The translations under genes were made by a program, and so were the position numbers. Below are positions 31,167 to 40,585 of a stretch of DNA of 64,000 nt, in pieces (within the stretch, counting starts at the first letter, position 1; each line of letters starts with the position of its first letter). The notes below the pieces were generated by a model. The model searched no databases. It worked only from the letters and a program-made list of their open reading frames with translations, and had not been told where the DNA came from. Source of the DNA: Rickettsiales bacterium (GTDB lineage: Bacteria > Pseudomonadota > Alphaproteobacteria > Rickettsiales > UBA3002); contig JALEGK010000030.1 in the NCBI GenBank assembly GCA_022763105.1, positions 358-64,357 of the forward strand, read 5' to 3'.

Positions 31167-31937
31167 TTAGTGAACCGTAGGCGCACCCGGCGTATCGGGT
31201 ACGTAAATCATATTCGCACGGGTGGTGAAGGTGTTGTTCAACAACGGGTCACCCGGCTTGGCAGTAAAGCGCGGCGCTTTGTAACGATACAGCTTCCAGA
31301 GCTTGCCATCTTCGCGCAGCTCATGCGCAATCATCGATAGCCCTTCAAATTCATCGAAAGTCGTCTCGGCAATCTGATCGGCTTGCTTGATCATATCATC
31401 GAAGAATTGCAGCATCGGGCCGATGCGATACGTCTTGAAACAATCGGCGTGAATCGCGCGATGCCCCGCCATGCGAATGGCGCGAACATACGAATCGGGT
31501 AGGGGGTCATAATTTTGACGTGCCGCCATAATACGCTTTAAGCGCATATGCAAAATGGCGTTGCGCTCTGCCAGCGGAGATTCGTAACGCTCTGCCAGCA
31601 TGACTGGCTCGTAGCGTGCGCGCTCCATCGCGGCAGCAGACAAAAAGCTCTGTGCTACCGGCGAATCGTCGCCAATATAGGCTTGCAGCTTGGCGAGCAT
31701 CTCTTCAGGCTCCAGCCATCCCTCTGCATTGAGTGATGCCGCGATATTGACCAGATCGGCCATCAACTCGGTGACTTTGTAACCCGGCATGTAGGTGACA
31801 TCTTGTGCAGCCAAAATAGAGGCAGCGCTTTCTTTGAGTGCATCAACGCAAGGCTCTGGCAATACCGCGCCAGACTCAACCAGCTGATCGATCAGTCCGT
31901 CTAGTATGTCCAGGAAATCTTGGCGTTCGCGAATCAT
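31167..31937 (-). CDS. hypothetical protein
   Basis: 256-aa ORF; no family recognised. Confidence 0.7.
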   Translation of the reverse strand: MIRERQDFLDILDGLIDQLVESGAVLPEPCVDALKESAASILAAQDVTYMPGYKVTELMADLVNIAASLNAEGWLEPEEMLAKLQAYIGDDSPVAQSFLSAAAMERARYEPVMLAERYESPLAERNAILHMRLKRIMAARQNYDPLPDSYVRAIRMAGHRAIHADCFKTYRIGPMLQFFDDMIKQADQIAETTFDEFEGLSMIAHELREDGKLWKLYRYKAPRFTAKPGDPLLNNTFTTRANMIYVPDTPGAPTVH

Positions 31938-31971
31938 TCTATCAGTATAGCACGAATCGATGAAAAAATCT

Positions 31972-31986
31972 TTAACACTCTTTTAA
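31972..31986. promoter_or_regulatory. CtrA-box consensus TTAA-N7-TTAA
   Basis: TTAAcactcttTTAA between divergent genes. Confidence 0.6.
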
Positions 31987-32042
31987 ACCATGGGTTTGGC
32001 TTGTAATCTTCGCAATATCATCACATTTTTTAAGCGCTTAGT

Positions 32043-32852
32043 GTGTTACGTTTAGGGATGGGATTAGATTTCGCAAATATGGGTAATATTGCCTACAGCG
32101 CGGGTGGTATGGGCGGTGGCCTATACCAAGAAGCGGTGGATGATGGCAGCTTTGGCAAGATCGGTTATACCGATATTGGTTGGCCTTACATTATGAGCGA
32201 TATTCCTCTGGAAGAATCGCATGCGTGGCTCGATAAAGTCACCGATATTGCGGCCGACCACCCAGAAGTGGACCGCCTGCTGAAAAAGATCGGAAGTGCA
32301 TTTAATTTACCCGAAACCCCAAAAGCCTACTGCGTACCCGATGATAGGTTGCTGATGGGGGCCTATATGACCGATAGCGGCAATATCGTGGTAAGTGGCC
32401 CGATCAATGCGCTATCAAGTCATGCACTGTGCGCGCTGATCGCACATGAAGCCGGACATGGCGTGTATGATGACTCACTTACCGTTAATCATAATGGCCA
32501 TGCAGCGATCGTGAAAGAACTGCAAATGGATGCCTTTGCCGCTGCCCTTACTTCGCCAAACTCGATGGTGAGTTGTGTGCAAGAGATTGGTAGAATCAAT
32601 GCGAAGCTAATCGCACAAAAAGGTTGGTATCCAAGCGAAGAAGAGGCCGCCCAGCATTTGTTGCATGAAGCTGGCGAAGAAGGTCACCCCGGCGCACCGA
32701 CGCGCATTAAAAACATCAAGGCGATGGAGAAGTCGCAGCAATGGCAGGATTTGGTCAAAAAGCCTAACCGTGAACACCTCGATGCATTGCTGGAAGGCGT
32801 GCCATACGATGTCGATCAGACCGATATTGACGCCGGAAACTGGGAGCGTTAA
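32043..32852 (+). CDS. M48-like zinc metallopeptidase
   Basis: LIAHEAGH, downstream KELQMDAFA and HPGAPTRI; lacks the HtpX membrane helices. Confidence 0.75.
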   Translation: MLRLGMGLDFANMGNIAYSAGGMGGGLYQEAVDDGSFGKIGYTDIGWPYIMSDIPLEESHAWLDKVTDIAADHPEVDRLLKKIGSAFNLPETPKAYCVPDDRLLMGAYMTDSGNIVVSGPINALSSHALCALIAHEAGHGVYDDSLTVNHNGHAAIVKELQMDAFAAALTSPNSMVSCVQEIGRINAKLIAQKGWYPSEEEAAQHLLHEAGEEGHPGAPTRIKNIKAMEKSQQWQDLVKKPNREHLDALLEGVPYDVDQTDIDAGNWER

Positions 32853-32997
32853 GCGCCTCGAAACTTTTTTCAAAAAAGACACTTCCACAATGTCACAACA
32901 TATCTCACATTCGTAAATGTAGGTTGAGCGAAGTGGGTATTCACCCATACACACCGCCACCATTTCCCAAACATTCATAGATATACCGGAGCATGCC

Positions 32998-34146
32998 ATG
33001 CGAAGCTTTATTGCGCGTCTTTTTGCGACCAAATCCACGACCACTGATCTTCTTCAACCGGGCTATGCCACAAGCTATATGCATGCACCCGGCAAACCCG
33101 TTTGGATGCGCCGCGACTATGCGCGCTTCGCCCAAGAAGCATACGCACGTAATGTGATTGCGCATCGCTGCATCGATTTAATTGCTAAAGGTGTCGCAAG
33201 CGTGAAGCTGAGCATCAAAGGCGAAGATGCGCGACTCTCCACGCTACTGGCGCGCCCAAACCCGCGCGCAGATTACGCAAGCTTCATGCGCGATGTTATC
33301 AGCCATCAAATGATTGCGGGTAATGCGTATATTCATGCGGTTGGCCCAAAAGGCGAAGCACCGCTAGAGCTACACACATTACGCCCAGACCGCGTGGCCG
33401 TGATTGCGGGTGCAGGTGGCGTGCCACAAGGCTACCAATATAAAGTTGGCGAAAAAGTGATGCAGTTCCCCGTTGATCCGATTACGGGTGCGTCACGCAT
33501 ATTGCACCTGAAACAATTCCACCCGCTTGATGATTGGTATGGGCTATCGCCTGTAGAGGCCGCGGCCTACGCCATCGACCAGCATAATCAGTCAGCCGCG
33601 TGGAACCAGTCTTTGCTACAACATGGCGCGCGCCCATCTGGTGCGTTGGTTGTAAACCGCAAGGAAGGGGCAGGGCAGTTATCTGAGGAGCAATATTACC
33701 GACTCAAGCAACAAATGGACGAGCAATTCAGCGGCACCGATAATGCCGGACGCCCGCTGCTTCTAGAAGGCGGCTTAGAATGGCGCGAGATGAGCCATAG
33801 CCCAAAAGATATGGATTTCATCGAGGCGAAACATTCCGCTGCGCGTGAAATCGCACTGGCATTCGGTGTGCCACCGCAATTACTCGGCATTCCGGGTGAT
33901 AACACCTATGCGAACCTGGCCGAAGCGCGCCTTGCGCTGTGGGAGCAGATTATCATGCCGATGACCGAAAGCGTCTGCGGTGCGCTGAATTACTGGCTGC
34001 TACCGAATTTCGGTAATCAGCTAGAGTTGAATCCGAACTATGACGCGATTCCCGCACTCGCCCCAAGACGTGAGAAAATGTGGGAACGCATCAATAATGC
34101 GACCTTCTTAAGCGACGAAGAAAAACGCGAGAAGCTAGGGTTCTAG
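32998..34146 (+). CDS. phage portal protein, HK97 family (GTA g3)
   Basis: LLARPNP, GNAY, LRPDRV, HPLDDWYGLSP, GARPSG, NAGRPLLLEGGLEW, AREIALAFGVPPQLLGIPGDNTYAN. Confidence 0.95.
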   Translation: MRSFIARLFATKSTTTDLLQPGYATSYMHAPGKPVWMRRDYARFAQEAYARNVIAHRCIDLIAKGVASVKLSIKGEDARLSTLLARPNPRADYASFMRDVISHQMIAGNAYIHAVGPKGEAPLELHTLRPDRVAVIAGAGGVPQGYQYKVGEKVMQFPVDPITGASRILHLKQFHPLDDWYGLSPVEAAAYAIDQHNQSAAWNQSLLQHGARPSGALVVNRKEGAGQLSEEQYYRLKQQMDEQFSGTDNAGRPLLLEGGLEWREMSHSPKDMDFIEAKHSAAREIALAFGVPPQLLGIPGDNTYANLAEARLALWEQIIMPMTESVCGALNYWLLPNFGNQLELNPNYDAIPALAPRREKMWERINNATFLSDEEKREKLGF

Positions 34147-34217
34147 ATAAAGTATTAACGAAAAATCAACCACTTGGCGCTAGGCTGACTCTAAAACGAA
34201 TCGTTTAAGAGGAAGCT

Positions 34218-35225
34218 ATGGGAAAAAGACGCCCAGATGCCGGGTTGCCGATTGAGCAGATAAGGAAAGACTGGACGAGCCCCGGTGCAAGCAAATTGCT
34301 GTTTGAGGGGTTATCAGGCCCTCAGGTGATTTTCCCTAATGAAAATGACGGGGCAGAGGGCGTGATTGGTAAGACCATCTCTATCATCGCCGATGATCAA
34401 AGTCGCCCGATTATAACGCTTCAAGTCGAATTCGATACGAATGATCAGACTCTCTATCTCAATAATATGCTGATCGACCGCCACATCGCCGATGAAGGTC
34501 ACGATATGGCTGTGGGTACGTTAAAACGTATCGTCAATAACACCATCAATTATGCGCAACACCAGCTACTCGCAGAGCGCTTGGTGCTAGGCGGGCGCAA
34601 CCAGACACGCGATAATCAAGTGCATGGTGCGGCGTCGCTAGTGGCTTCTCGTGCCTATTTGAAACCAACTGACAGTGTGCAGGATGATCGCGCAAGAGAG
34701 CAGGTGATGTACTGGATTGAACGCTATGCTCACCCTAATGTGACCTTAGCCTCAATCGATGATGTGCAAGATGGTGTGGTGAAGGTGCGCTATTCAGACA
34801 CCTATGCCGCCACCCATGCTATGGGCACAGAGATTGGCACCGAAATCAGAGAGTGGAAAGGTGCTGATATTGCGAATCATATATTGCATGGCGAGATTAT
34901 TCCCGTGGATAGAAATGTCGAACTGATGCCGATTTCATCCAACGTGAAGAATTCCTCGCGTCTGAAACAAGATGCGATCGCCTTACAAGAATTAGCTATG
35001 TACGAAAATGATAAACAGCCTTGGACGGGCGAGTTGGCGATGCAAACAGTTCGATCATCTTGTATTGGACAAGAGATTCTCTCGCATGTCGATGCGGAAA
35101 TGTCGCTGGATTTAACCGATAAGAGAGCAGTGGATTCAGCGCAATCATATTTAAAAGGTGGCAAGGCGCAGCAAGAGGCCGTCACCCGCGCGATTAAGCA
35201 TGCGCAGGGAGTGTCGATGTCATGA
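34218..35225 (+). CDS. hypothetical protein
   Basis: 335 aa, GAGG RBS, ends HAQGVSMS. Confidence 0.7.
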   Translation: MGKRRPDAGLPIEQIRKDWTSPGASKLLFEGLSGPQVIFPNENDGAEGVIGKTISIIADDQSRPIITLQVEFDTNDQTLYLNNMLIDRHIADEGHDMAVGTLKRIVNNTINYAQHQLLAERLVLGGRNQTRDNQVHGAASLVASRAYLKPTDSVQDDRAREQVMYWIERYAHPNVTLASIDDVQDGVVKVRYSDTYAATHAMGTEIGTEIREWKGADIANHILHGEIIPVDRNVELMPISSNVKNSSRLKQDAIALQELAMYENDKQPWTGELAMQTVRSSCIGQEILSHVDAEMSLDLTDKRAVDSAQSYLKGGKAQQEAVTRAIKHAQGVSMS

Positions 35226-35428
35226 GCGCTCAAACACACGATATGATCTGCGGATTCACATTCATTGCGCTACATGACAGACGCCATGCGGGCGCCAAAC
35301 GCACCGACGCTGAACAAGCAGAACTCGATGAGTGTATCGCTCGTGCAAAACGTGCAGGGATAGACGATGATCGCATCGCGTCACTCTTTGATGTGGAATT
35401 ATCTGATATAATGGCGGTGATGATCTAA
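35222..35428 (+). CDS. small hypothetical protein
   Basis: 68 aa, ATGA overlap with the upstream gene. Confidence 0.4.
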   Translation: MSAQTHDMICGFTFIALHDRRHAGAKRTDAEQAELDECIARAKRAGIDDDRIASLFDVELSDIMAVMI

Positions 35429-36471
35429 TTATCGTTGGCCGCGCTACCTTTGACATGATCAATCATAGAACGCATTGGCTCGCGTACATCGCGCGCTGGC
35501 TTATCGCCACCAATCGATAAAACAGATGCCGGTTTTTGTGCCTCGCCCGCACCCACTAAATTACGCTTAAGCACAATGCTCTGCTCATTGCCCAGTGGAT
35601 ACGTCTCGGAGCGTTCGATTTGCACGGTGTCATCGCGCTTGGTGGTGCTGATATTGCGCACACCGCACAAATCGCAATCATTGATAAAGGCCGTGCCATC
35701 AGTCATTTTAACGCTTTGCATATCGACATCCTCAAAGGTACAATGATCAAAGGTGCAAGCATCAAAATGCAGATGCGACATATCGACCCCAGTAAATTTG
35801 CAGTCTTTGAATGTGCAGTCGTGAAAGACCGGCTCATCCAATGTAATATCAGGTTGATTGATGATCCCCATATTTTCGAATAAGCAATGATCGAACGTAC
35901 TATCTATTACATCGCAATCTATAATATTGCCAAACAGGTCCGAGTTTTTGAACTTGGCACTAGTCAGTGAGCCAAGTAACAAATTACCGCCAAATAAACC
36001 GTCTTCGCATCGCAGATTGTAGATATCGGTGGCCTTGCCTTGTAATCTTAATGCGCAACCATTGGCCTCTAGTTGTTTAAATTCTGACAGGCTGGTATTC
36101 CATAAATACTCTTTACGTTTCTCTAATGGCGGAAGGTGATCAACACTCAGATTGATCAGATCAATATCTGTGCGAGTTTGACTAACCCCTTCTTTGAGGG
36201 TTTCCATAAATTCACGTTGTTGATCTGCGCTCGCCTGATCAAACATGAGCGGCACATGGCGCGCTTCGCCGCGCTGTTGTAAATGATTAGCAGCAATGGC
36301 AAAGTCGCGTTGAGACTGAACCAATGCAGGCGTGATCATCGGGTCGGTATACGACTTGAGCAGCATGGCTTTCGCGGCATGCTCAGCCGCATAGGGAATC
36401 GCATAACGATCACAATATTCTTTAAAGGCAGGCGTATCTGCACGCAGAGGGTGGACATCATCATCACTCAT
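35425..36471 (-). CDS. pentapeptide repeat protein
   Basis: FHDCTFKDCKFTGVDMSHLHFDACTFDHCTFEDVDM; paralog of 36468-37577 (TTKRDD / TTKRDN). Confidence 0.85.
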   Translation of the reverse strand: MSDDDVHPLRADTPAFKEYCDRYAIPYAAEHAAKAMLLKSYTDPMITPALVQSQRDFAIAANHLQQRGEARHVPLMFDQASADQQREFMETLKEGVSQTRTDIDLINLSVDHLPPLEKRKEYLWNTSLSEFKQLEANGCALRLQGKATDIYNLRCEDGLFGGNLLLGSLTSAKFKNSDLFGNIIDCDVIDSTFDHCLFENMGIINQPDITLDEPVFHDCTFKDCKFTGVDMSHLHFDACTFDHCTFEDVDMQSVKMTDGTAFINDCDLCGVRNISTTKRDDTVQIERSETYPLGNEQSIVLKRNLVGAGEAQKPASVLSIGGDKPARDVREPMRSMIDHVKGSAANDN

Positions 36472-37577
36472 GATTGACCTCCTTCACTCTCAGGTTTGCC
36501 ACGCGGTTGAAACCGCACCACACCGGGTGGTAAAGGCTCGCGCGGGTCAAGCTGTCGTGCATCACTGACTACGGCTGCTCCGGCATCAATGTGCTGGTCT
36601 TGGCGAATAGGTTCTACATTGGCGTGATCAACCGATTCCACGCGCGGCTTTGGCGCTTCTAATTGCTTTTGCCCGCGTGCAATCGCAGAGCCTAATGACA
36701 GCTTGAGCATATTGTCTGGCTCTAGCGAGCAATTCACAATCATAAAACTGTTATCGCGCTTGGTGGTGCCCATTTTCTTTAGCCCCGTCATATCGCAATT
36801 CTGAAAGGCGGTGTGTGTGCTGAAGTGCGAGTTGTCCATGCTGCTATTCTGAAAGTCGCACTGATCAAAGCCTGTGCCAAAGAATTGGCTTTTCACAAAG
36901 TGACAGTTTTTGAAATGGCAATGCGTAAATTCGCAAGCATCAAATGTGGCTTCGTTGAAGGTGACATTCTCAAAAGTGACATCGGAAAATTGACCGCGTA
37001 CGATTTTCGTTTCTTTGGAATCGATGTCGTGAAGCGTGGTTCCCTGAATCACTATTGGATCATACAGGCGGGTATGATCAAATGCACCGCTCAAGCGCCC
37101 GCCGCCAAATTGAAAATCATGTAATTGCGCACCTTTGGCACGCACATGCACATCGGATGATAGCGGCATAAAATCATGCAGATCGCTGCCGGTCATATCT
37201 AAAAAGAAGGTATGAGGCTGCCCATCGGCGTTATTTTGGAAAAAGCCCTGCGTGTTGATCAGATCGACATAACGATGCTTATTTCCGCGTTCTAAATCTT
37301 GAGCAAATGCTGCTAATTGGTCAGCTTCTGTTGCTTCCAGATGCAGCCTTACATGCGCGCGGCCATCATGATCAAGCTTATGCTCTTCGCGGCGGTCTCG
37401 CACAAGCTGAGGTACATAAAGTTCGTGCTTTAGCGCCTCACAATACAGGTGATAAAGCTTGTGATCAGCCTTTGCCGCCAGATGCTCCCATACGAGCTCT
37501 TCCTGCGGTTTGCTTTCTCTGCCGCCCACGACGGTAAAGGGTGTTTTTTTATCATCATCCGTCATTTGGCCCATCAT
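36468..37577 (-). CDS. pentapeptide repeat protein
   Basis: FSDVTFENVTFNEATFDACEFTHCHFKNCHF; ATGA overlap with its paralog. Confidence 0.85.
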   Translation of the reverse strand: MMGQMTDDDKKTPFTVVGGRESKPQEELVWEHLAAKADHKLYHLYCEALKHELYVPQLVRDRREEHKLDHDGRAHVRLHLEATEADQLAAFAQDLERGNKHRYVDLINTQGFFQNNADGQPHTFFLDMTGSDLHDFMPLSSDVHVRAKGAQLHDFQFGGGRLSGAFDHTRLYDPIVIQGTTLHDIDSKETKIVRGQFSDVTFENVTFNEATFDACEFTHCHFKNCHFVKSQFFGTGFDQCDFQNSSMDNSHFSTHTAFQNCDMTGLKKMGTTKRDNSFMIVNCSLEPDNMLKLSLGSAIARGQKQLEAPKPRVESVDHANVEPIRQDQHIDAGAAVVSDARQLDPREPLPPGVVRFQPRGKPESEGGQS

Positions 37578-37625
37578 ACCGCCAAATTCCTAATCTTTCG
37601 TTACTTATTTCAATGAGGTACCATC

Positions 37626-38186
37626 ATGCACCCAGATTTTTATGAACGTAAAGTCGCGCGCACCATGCGCGAGAATAAAAAACATACCTTCGAGCTGGAG
37701 CTGAAATCGATAGATGAGCAGGGGCGCTTTGCAGGCTATGCCAGCGTGTTTGATATCATCGATAATCAGCGCGATGTGGTGGTAAAAGGCGCCTTCCTAG
37801 AGACGCTACAAGACCGAATTTCAGAGATTAAACTGCTGTGGCAACACCAACTGGACACGCCCATTGGCTATTTCACCAACATGTTTGAAGATGCACGCGG
37901 ATTATACGTAGAAGGTCAGCTGATGCTGAGCTTAGGAAAAGCCCGCGAAGCGCTCGATTTGATGCAAAGTGGGGTGGTAAAAGGGCTATCAATCGGCTTT
38001 ACACCCATCCGCTATTATACCGACCCGGATACGGGCGTGCGCTACCTGACCAAAGTGGCACTTTATGAGGTGAGCTTGGTCACCATGCCCGCTAATGAGC
38101 AAAGCCGCGTGAGTGTGGTAAAAGCAAGTGATTATAGTGGGTTAAGCGCCGCTTTCGACCGTGCGATGCAGCAATTATGCTGCTGA
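37626..38186 (+). CDS. HK97 family prohead protease (GTA g4)
   Basis: FAGYASVF, KLLWQH, PIG, EDARGLYVEG, GLSIGF, EVSLVTMPA. Confidence 0.95.
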   Translation: MHPDFYERKVARTMRENKKHTFELELKSIDEQGRFAGYASVFDIIDNQRDVVVKGAFLETLQDRISEIKLLWQHQLDTPIGYFTNMFEDARGLYVEGQLMLSLGKAREALDLMQSGVVKGLSIGFTPIRYYTDPDTGVRYLTKVALYEVSLVTMPANEQSRVSVVKASDYSGLSAAFDRAMQQLCC

Positions 38187-38266
38187 TTCAAGGAGCAATC
38201 CACAGTGGGTTGTATTCATAAAACCTTCACACCGTTAAACGTGCATTCCTTTATAATAAAAACGTT

Positions 38267-39013
38267 ATGGTAAAGCGAAAAGAACTCAAAATGCTGGATG
38301 AAATGCTGCAGCGTAAGATTGACGCGAAAGGCGGCGAGGTCCTGCGATATGATCCTGAAGATGATCCGGCCTATGTTCAACGACGCGAACAGCAGGAAGA
38401 AAAAGGCCATAAATATGGTTACGGTAACCTGAATCTGATGGATTATCTGGTCCCTGACCGTGACCCGAATCTCCAATATATGGCAGAGGAGCCGGAAGAA
38501 CACACGCTCGCTCGCTACATTCACAACCGTAAAAAAGTCTATACTTGGGAACAGATCGCCATTGGTGCAGGTGCTATTGCTACCTTACTGGGTGCGACCG
38601 TGGCAACCGGAGGCGCAGCGCCGATGTTTGCTGCCATCGGTGTCACCACATTAACCAATATTACCGCAACTGCCTTGGCGCTTGGCGTGGGCGTTGCCAG
38701 TGCTAGTGTGGCATTCTTTGCGGGTTATTTTGCATTCAGAACCGACATTAAAAACGACGTAGATATTGAAGAGATGTTGGCAAAACGTATTGGCCGACAT
38801 GTGGCTGCCAATCTTGAGCCAATTATTGAACAGCCCGATGTGACCAAACGTCAGGCTAAAGTGTATGAAAAAGCCGATGAGCTACCAAAAATTGGCGCGT
38901 ACGGACAAAGCTATGCACGCGAAGGCAATATGTTTGCCCCCGATAACCAGATTCGTAACGCGGAATTAGATGACCGCCTGCTGCACGCTCTCATCGAAAA
39001 GCAGATGCAGTAA
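38267..39013 (+). CDS. hypothetical membrane protein
   Basis: Long Ala/Gly hydrophobic hairpin; ends PDNQIRNAELDDRLLHALIEKQMQ. Confidence 0.7.
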   Translation: MVKRKELKMLDEMLQRKIDAKGGEVLRYDPEDDPAYVQRREQQEEKGHKYGYGNLNLMDYLVPDRDPNLQYMAEEPEEHTLARYIHNRKKVYTWEQIAIGAGAIATLLGATVATGGAAPMFAAIGVTTLTNITATALALGVGVASASVAFFAGYFAFRTDIKNDVDIEEMLAKRIGRHVAANLEPIIEQPDVTKRQAKVYEKADELPKIGAYGQSYAREGNMFAPDNQIRNAELDDRLLHALIEKQMQ

Positions 39014-39034
39014 CACAGATTTAATAGCATTAAG

Positions 39035-39070
39035 AGCCACCACTTAAGAGCCATCTTAGGTGGTTTTTTT
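39035..39070 (+). terminator. terminator-like hairpin directly upstream of the capsid gene
   Basis: AGCCACC...TAAGA-gcca-TCTTA-GGTGGTT followed by a T run. Confidence 0.6.
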
Positions 39071-39130
39071 ATGGCTAAAAATCCCCTCCATTTTATCTCA
39101 ATCCAACCAACCAAAGTAAGGAACACGCTT

Positions 39131-40333
39131 ATGAGTATCGAAGCAATTACCGACAAGGTGCATTCACTCGGCTCTGCTTGGGAGCAATTCAAGCAGGTCA
39201 ATGATGCGCGCCTAAAAGATTTAGAGCGCAAAGGCCATGCCGACCCGCTTTACACCGAACATCTGACCAAAATTTCTGCGGCGCTAGACAACCAAAAATC
39301 GCGCCTAGACCGCATTGAAACTGCCCATGCCCGCCCAGGTGTTGAGCTGGCTGGCTCACCTGTCATGGGTGAGGTCGCATCTGAATATAAATCAGCCTTC
39401 CGCAATTATTTGCGCAAAGGCATGGATGCAGGCCTAGAGGCAATCAGCACCAAAGCATTGTCTGTTGGCACGGACGCTGACGGTGGTTATTTGGTGACCC
39501 CACAAATCTCTGAAGAGATTGTCCGCATCGTGCATGAGCGTTCACCAATGCGTGAGCTGGCATCGATTGAAACCATCTCTACCGATTCGCTGGATGTGAT
39601 CGAAGATACCGAGCAGCCGGGCGCTGCTTGGGTCGCTGAGACAGCGTCTCGCTCAGACACCACCACCCATCAGATCAACAAAAACAGCATTCCAACCTTT
39701 GAGATGTATGCGCAGCCAAAAGCGACGCAAAAACTGATCGATGATGCATCGATTGATGTCGAAGCGTGGCTGGCAGAAAAAGTTGGCGAGAAAGTCGCAG
39801 ACCTAGAAGCCACCGCATTTATCTCTGGTAACGGTACGTCAGCCCCTAAAGGGATTCTGAGCTACACCGCAGGCACCAGTTTTGGCGAAATCGAGCAGAT
39901 CGATTCCGGCACCGATGGTGTGGTAACCGCAGACAGTCTTGTTCAGCTATACTACGCACTGAAAGATGATTATGCGAAAAACGCGACCTTCCTAATGAAC
40001 CGTTCGGTCATTCAGGCGGTGCGTCTGCTGAAAGAATCAACCACCGATCAGTATCTATGGCAGCCAGGTCTAGCCGCTGGTACGCCAGACACCCTCATGG
40101 GTGTACCGGTGAAAGCAGCAGCCGATATGCCAGTTGCAGCGACTGACTCACTATCTGTCGCGGTCGGTGATTTCAAACGTGCCTACAAGATTGTAGACCG
40201 TGTCGGCATCCGCGTATTGCGTGACCCATTCACCGATAAACCTTACGTGAAATTCTACACCACCAAGCGCGTTGGTGGTGAAGTGGTGAACACTGAAGCC
40301 GTTAAAATTCTAAAACTGGCTTCTGGTTCGTAA
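39131..40333 (+). CDS. major capsid protein, HK97 family (GTA g5)
   Basis: DGGYLV, SPMRELA, MYAQPKATQKLIDDA, AFISGNG..PKG, LRDPFTDKPYVKFYTTKRVGG; start MSIEAI at 39131. Confidence 0.96.
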   Translation: MSIEAITDKVHSLGSAWEQFKQVNDARLKDLERKGHADPLYTEHLTKISAALDNQKSRLDRIETAHARPGVELAGSPVMGEVASEYKSAFRNYLRKGMDAGLEAISTKALSVGTDADGGYLVTPQISEEIVRIVHERSPMRELASIETISTDSLDVIEDTEQPGAAWVAETASRSDTTTHQINKNSIPTFEMYAQPKATQKLIDDASIDVEAWLAEKVGEKVADLEATAFISGNGTSAPKGILSYTAGTSFGEIEQIDSGTDGVVTADSLVQLYYALKDDYAKNATFLMNRSVIQAVRLLKESTTDQYLWQPGLAAGTPDTLMGVPVKAAADMPVAATDSLSVAVGDFKRAYKIVDRVGIRVLRDPFTDKPYVKFYTTKRVGGEVVNTEAVKILKLASGS

Positions 40334-40450
40334 GTGATCTTTTAGGCTGCAAATAACAGCAGTCTGCGCTTCCAATGCTCATGTACGTTTAAGTACATTC
40401 TGCGTTGGTTCTCACCTGCTGTTATTTTCGCACTAAAATCTTCACTTACG
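40329..40450. repeat. palindromic element (RPE-like), copy 1
   Basis: Arms CGTAAGTGA/TCACTTACG and AAATAACAGCAG/CTGCTGTTATTT; core CTGCGCTTCC..TGCTCATGTA shared with the copy at 60051. Confidence 0.75.
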
Positions 40451-40487
40451 TAAAATCAATCAAGATTGTGATCTCCCGTTGCTCTTG

Positions 40488-40521
40488 GCAGGGGTTCGGC
40501 ATGCCCGCGCCCCTGCATTTT
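40488..40521 (+). terminator. terminator-like hairpin after the capsid gene
   Basis: GCAGGGG...CCCCTGC then ATTTT. Confidence 0.45.
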
Positions 40522-40585
40522 CCTAATGTTTTTTTAATCACTGCTGTGCTAATCCTATATGTATAAAAGGAATAGGAGCAGACTC

